Shown piece after piece: positions 60,590 to 64,000 of a DNA stretch of 64,000 nt. The number at the start of each line of letters is the position of its first letter. The stretch's first letter is position 1. The position numbers and the translations under genes were made by a program. A model generated the notes under the pieces. The model was not told the origin of the DNA. It saw only the letters and a list, made by a program, of their open reading frames with translations, and searched no databases. Source of the stretch: Planctomycetota bacterium (GTDB lineage Bacteria > Planctomycetota > UBA8742 > UBA2392); NCBI GenBank assembly GCA_015075515.1, contig JABTUE010000004.1, positions 457,119 through 521,118 on the forward strand. Direction: 5' to 3'.

Positions 60590-61771
60590 CTATTCACCCA
60601 GGAATACCTCGATGGTGTGTTCACGCCCGTCGCGGCGGTACGTGAGCAGTACCTTGTCGCCGGGCTGCAACTGGCGCAACTGGCGGCTCAGGTCTTCAAA
60701 GCTCGTGACCGGTGTGTCCCCCACCCGCGTGATCAGGTCGCCCGCGCGCAGCCCCGCGCGGTCGGCGGCCGTGCCGTAGATGACATTACGGATCAGCGCG
60801 CCCGGCTGCATTTCGGGGCGAAACCCGGTTTCAATGTTCACGCCCAGAAACGCGCTTTGCAGGCTGCGCGGGCGACTGCTGATCTTGCTGTCACGGGCCG
60901 GGTCGTCGCCCTTGATGATCGTGTCGGCCACGCGCCGCGCCAGGTTGATCGGAATGGCAAAACCGATGCCGTCGGCGCCCTCGCCGCCTTCGCCGGCCAG
61001 CTTGAGCGTATTGATGCCGATCACGCGCCCGGTCAGGTCAATCAGCGGCCCGCCCGAGTTGCCGGGGTTGATGGCCGCCGAAGTCTGGATGAAGTTGCGT
61101 ACCAGCGTCGAGCCGTCGGCGTTACGCCGCCCCACATAACTGACAATACCCTCGGTGGCCGTGTGAAACAGACCGTGCGGGCTGCCAATCGCCACCACCA
61201 CGTCGCCCTGTTCGGCCTTGTCGCTGTCGCCCAGGCTGGCGGCCACCAGGTTGTCGGCCACGATCTTGATCACAGCCAGGTCGTATTCAGGCCGGTGGCC
61301 GACAAAGCGCGCCTCATAGAGGCTGTCGCCCAGCACCACGCTGAGTTCGTTGGTGTTGCCCGGAATCACGTGGCTGTTGGTCAGGATGTAGCCCTGTTCG
61401 TTCAGCACAATGCCGCTGCCCACGTGGCTCTGGCCCGGAATGCGCGAAGCCCGCGAGGGACTGACGCGAGCGGACGTCTTGGCCACAATGCCCACGGTAA
61501 AACGGCGCGCCCAGTTGATGGCGTTCACATACTGCCGTGGTTTTTCCTGGGTCAACGCGGGATCTTCCACCACTTTTTCGGCGGCGGCGCGATCCATCAG
61601 ACCGTAGTTCAGCGCCAGAAAGAACAGCCCGGCACCCATAAACCCGCCCAGCAACAGATACACCAGAGAACGCCGGGCCAGCATGCGGGCCGTGTCCAGA
61701 TGGCCGCGCTGGTAGCCCTCATAGTAGGCCACCTCGGCCGGTTCCTTATCCTCAAGTTTGCGCAGTTCCAT
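60590..61771 (-). CDS. HtrA/DegP-family trypsin-like serine protease with one PDZ domain
   Basis: TM anchor; GSG, TNSHV, DLAVIK, INPGNSGGPL, GIGFAIP; PDZ. Confidence 0.93.
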   Translation of the reverse strand: MELRKLEDKEPAEVAYYEGYQRGHLDTARMLARRSLVYLLLGGFMGAGLFFLALNYGLMDRAAAEKVVEDPALTQEKPRQYVNAINWARRFTVGIVAKTSARVSPSRASRIPGQSHVGSGIVLNEQGYILTNSHVIPGNTNELSVVLGDSLYEARFVGHRPEYDLAVIKIVADNLVAASLGDSDKAEQGDVVVAIGSPHGLFHTATEGIVSYVGRRNADGSTLVRNFIQTSAAINPGNSGGPLIDLTGRVIGINTLKLAGEGGEGADGIGFAIPINLARRVADTIIKGDDPARDSKISSRPRSLQSAFLGVNIETGFRPEMQPGALIRNVIYGTAADRAGLRAGDLITRVGDTPVTSFEDLSRQLRQLQPGDKVLLTYRRDGREHTIEVFLGE

Positions 61772-61829
61772 GACGTGCCTCCGCCTCTGATGCTACGAAC
61801 GCCGGGCCGGCGCGCGGAAGTCCAAACGC

Positions 61830-61857
61830 GCGCGGGCCGGGTTGCCCCGGCCCGCGC
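61830..61857. terminator. Intergenic GC-rich hairpin
   Basis: GCGCGGGCCGGG-TTGC-CCCGGCCCGCGC. Confidence 0.5.
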
Positions 61858-61872
61858 CGTGCCGGGGCCTCT

Positions 61873-63447
61873 CTAGCGCTTGCCGGTCAGCGTCTGGCGC
61901 TTGCCGTCGCGCAGAATCACCACGCTGAACTCGGCGCCCTTCTTGACGCCGTTCATGGCCTCGCGCAGGCCGTTGCGGGTGTCCACCTTGACACCGTTGG
62001 CTTCAAGGATGATGTCGTAGACCTCAAGGCCCAGCCGCGCCAGGGCGGCATCGGCGTCGGCAATTTCCTTGACCTCAAGCCCGTTTTCCAGGCCAAGCTG
62101 CTTGCGCACAAGCGGGCCGACACGCGCCACGCGCACGCCGTCCACGATGTCCATGTGGCCGCCATCAGGCAGCGGCAGGTCCTTTTCGGGGTACTCGCCC
62201 TTGCCCACCGAAGGTACGGGCTCGGGGGTGTTGGGGCGCTCAATCGGGCGGTCGCCGGCGGTGATTTTCAGGCGCCACAGTTCGATCTGTTCGCTGAACT
62301 CGCGGTGGAACCTGGCCGCGTCTTCCAGCGTGCGGGGCCACTGCTCGCGCGACTGGTTCAGCACCTTCTCTTTCAGGTCGGCAAAGGTGTCGCGCACCTT
62401 GTCTTCCAGAGAATCCAGCGCGTCCTCGTGGCGATCTCCACCCTGCTTGCGCAGGGCGCTGATACGATCCAGCAGGTCGCGCGACAGGCGGGCAAGCTGT
62501 TCGCTGGGCGAGGGCAGGGCCTCATCGGCGCCCATCTGGCGGGCCCATTTGTCCAGGTCGGCGCTGAACTGCTTGTGCAGCTTTTCGCCGGCGGCCAGGA
62601 TTTCGGCCCAGCCCTTGGGCGGCGTCTTTTCCAGTTTTTCGCGCAGGTCGGCAAACTGGTCTTTGATCTTGTCTATTGTGGCGTCGAGTTCGTCCTCGTA
62701 CTTCTTGCCGCCGATCTGGCGCAGGCGCTTGGCCCGCAGCACCAGCTCTTCGGTCATTTCCCGCAGGCGCTGGTCGGCGTTGGGCACAGCGGCGTCCACG
62801 CCGATTTCCTTGCTCCACTTATCCACCTGGGCCAGATAGGTGTCGTAGTACTTGCGCGCGACCTCCAGCGTGTTGGACCACGTGGCCGCGGGTTCGTCGT
62901 CCAGCTTGTCCTGCAGGTCGGCGTAGGTGTCCTTGATCTTGTCCGTCAGGTCATCCAGATTGCGTTCGAACTGGCGCCCGCCGGGTTTGCGCAGCGCGCT
63001 GATGCGATACAGCAGGTCGCGTTCCAGCGCGCGCACGCTGGCACGGTAGCGGTCCTTTTTGATGTCGTGGGCTTCTTCGGCCTTGTCTTTGGGGTTCTTT
63101 TCGACCGCGTTGTCGCGTTCGCGTTTTTCCAGCTTGGCCAGGTCGCGGTCCAGGCGTTCGCGCGCCTCTTTGACCAGCCGGCCGCGTTCGGCGTCGCTCA
63201 GGTCGCCGTCGGCCATCAACATGCCTTCCAGCCGGGCCTGGTCCTCAATCATGCGGCGGGCGCGATCGAGAGCTTCGCTGGAGCCGCCCCAGTCGGGTTT
63301 GGGAGCCTCAATCTCCTGCGGCGCCGGTGCCACGGCCGGCGCGACTTCAACCTTGCCCTCGCCCTGAACGCGAACCTTGATCTCTTGTCCGTACAAAGCC
63401 GGCACAAAGCCGGCCAGTAACCCCATCATCACCGCCATGCGGATCAT
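61873..63447 (-). CDS. Secreted protein with three helical repeats and a C-terminal PDZ domain
   Basis: AGGAG RBS; signal peptide; repeated RISALRKxGG..DK..D..ADL..W units; PDZ ending VVILRDGK. Confidence 0.8.
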   Translation of the reverse strand: MIRMAVMMGLLAGFVPALYGQEIKVRVQGEGKVEVAPAVAPAPQEIEAPKPDWGGSSEALDRARRMIEDQARLEGMLMADGDLSDAERGRLVKEARERLDRDLAKLEKRERDNAVEKNPKDKAEEAHDIKKDRYRASVRALERDLLYRISALRKPGGRQFERNLDDLTDKIKDTYADLQDKLDDEPAATWSNTLEVARKYYDTYLAQVDKWSKEIGVDAAVPNADQRLREMTEELVLRAKRLRQIGGKKYEDELDATIDKIKDQFADLREKLEKTPPKGWAEILAAGEKLHKQFSADLDKWARQMGADEALPSPSEQLARLSRDLLDRISALRKQGGDRHEDALDSLEDKVRDTFADLKEKVLNQSREQWPRTLEDAARFHREFSEQIELWRLKITAGDRPIERPNTPEPVPSVGKGEYPEKDLPLPDGGHMDIVDGVRVARVGPLVRKQLGLENGLEVKEIADADAALARLGLEVYDIILEANGVKVDTRNGLREAMNGVKKGAEFSVVILRDGKRQTLTGKR

Positions 63448-63595
63448 GTCTTCTCCTTTGGGAGCCCCGAAAGCGACACCCTATTGTACGCAAAACGGAG
63501 GTCCAAAGCTTCATGCAAGGCGCCCACTGGTTGCACCCCGGCGCGCCCAACCCATACTGGTGCGGTATAAGGCCTTGACCCGGCCGGAGTTGTGC

Positions 63596-64000
63596 ATGCG
63601 CATCGGAACACTTGTTCTGGCCAACAACCTGGTGGCTGCGCCGCTGGCGGGCATCAGCAACCGCGCCTATCGCGTGCTGTGCAAGCGCTACGGCGCGGGG
63701 TTGGTGTATGTGGAGATGCTGAAGGTTGAAAGTTTTCTGCACCACAACCGCAAGATGATGACCCTGAAGTACTACCGTGATGATGAGCGCCCCGTGGGCA
63801 TCCAGTTTGCCGGCAACAACCCGCAATGGCTGGCCGAGGCCTGCAAGATGGCCGAGGGCGAGGGCTACGACGTAATTGATTTTAACATGGGCTGCCCGGT
63901 GCCCAAGATCGGCCGCTGCGGTGCTGGCAGCGCGTTGATGGCCTATCCCGACCGCGCGGCCAAGTGTTTTGAGGCCATGGTCGGCGCCGTGAAGATTCCG
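63596..64000 (+). CDS. dusB: tRNA-dihydrouridine synthase (3'-truncated by window edge; absent from the ORF track)
   Basis: AAPLAGISN, YVEM, IQFAG, IDFNMGCPVPKI..GAGSALM. Confidence 0.9.
   Translation, partial: MRIGTLVLANNLVAAPLAGISNRAYRVLCKRYGAGLVYVEMLKVESFLHHNRKMMTLKYYRDDERPVGIQFAGNNPQWLAEACKMAEGEGYDVIDFNMGCPVPKIGRCGAGSALMAYPDRAAKCFEAMVGAVKIP

Noticed and set aside
60304-61771. Pyrrolysine or general TAG read-through at htrA and at 31674
   Set aside because: HtrA is complete at its TAG, the downstream gene has its own RBS and signal peptide, other genes end normally at TAG, and same-frame coincidence has a one-in-three chance.

Overview
GC-rich bacterial window. The many secreted helical/TPR proteins and REP-type palindromes suggest a Planctomycetota-like organism (inference only). 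Housekeeping genes: coaD (partial), sucC, fluC, rpsA, dapA, cysS, ispF, hisS, rimO, an htrA-like protease and dusB (partial). Accessory content: a serine palmitoyltransferase-like gene, two tandem S8 proteases, an IS630-truncated Hint toxin/immunity module, a SpoIIE-STAND-TPR protein, and an aminobenzoate/benzoate-CoA catabolic cluster with an inserted vapBC pair. The strongest hidden signal is a tandem pair of exported TlpA-like redoxins (23338-24309, 24404-25387). The ORF track splits each in two because an in-frame TGA sits exactly at the first Cys of the CxxC motif (WATW-U-GPC, WKIH-U-EPC). In both, a hairpin starts 11 nt after the TGA, so they are probable selenoproteins. Other unannotated signals: a shared Gly-rich-Cys/TM/Arg C-terminal sorting tail on three secreted proteins, a DpnI winged-helix remnant in frame behind the htrA stop, a 166-bp MITE, a three-member family of unknown secreted paralogs, and repeated leaderless-type promoters. 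All product calls come from motif recognition by eye; no database searches were run.
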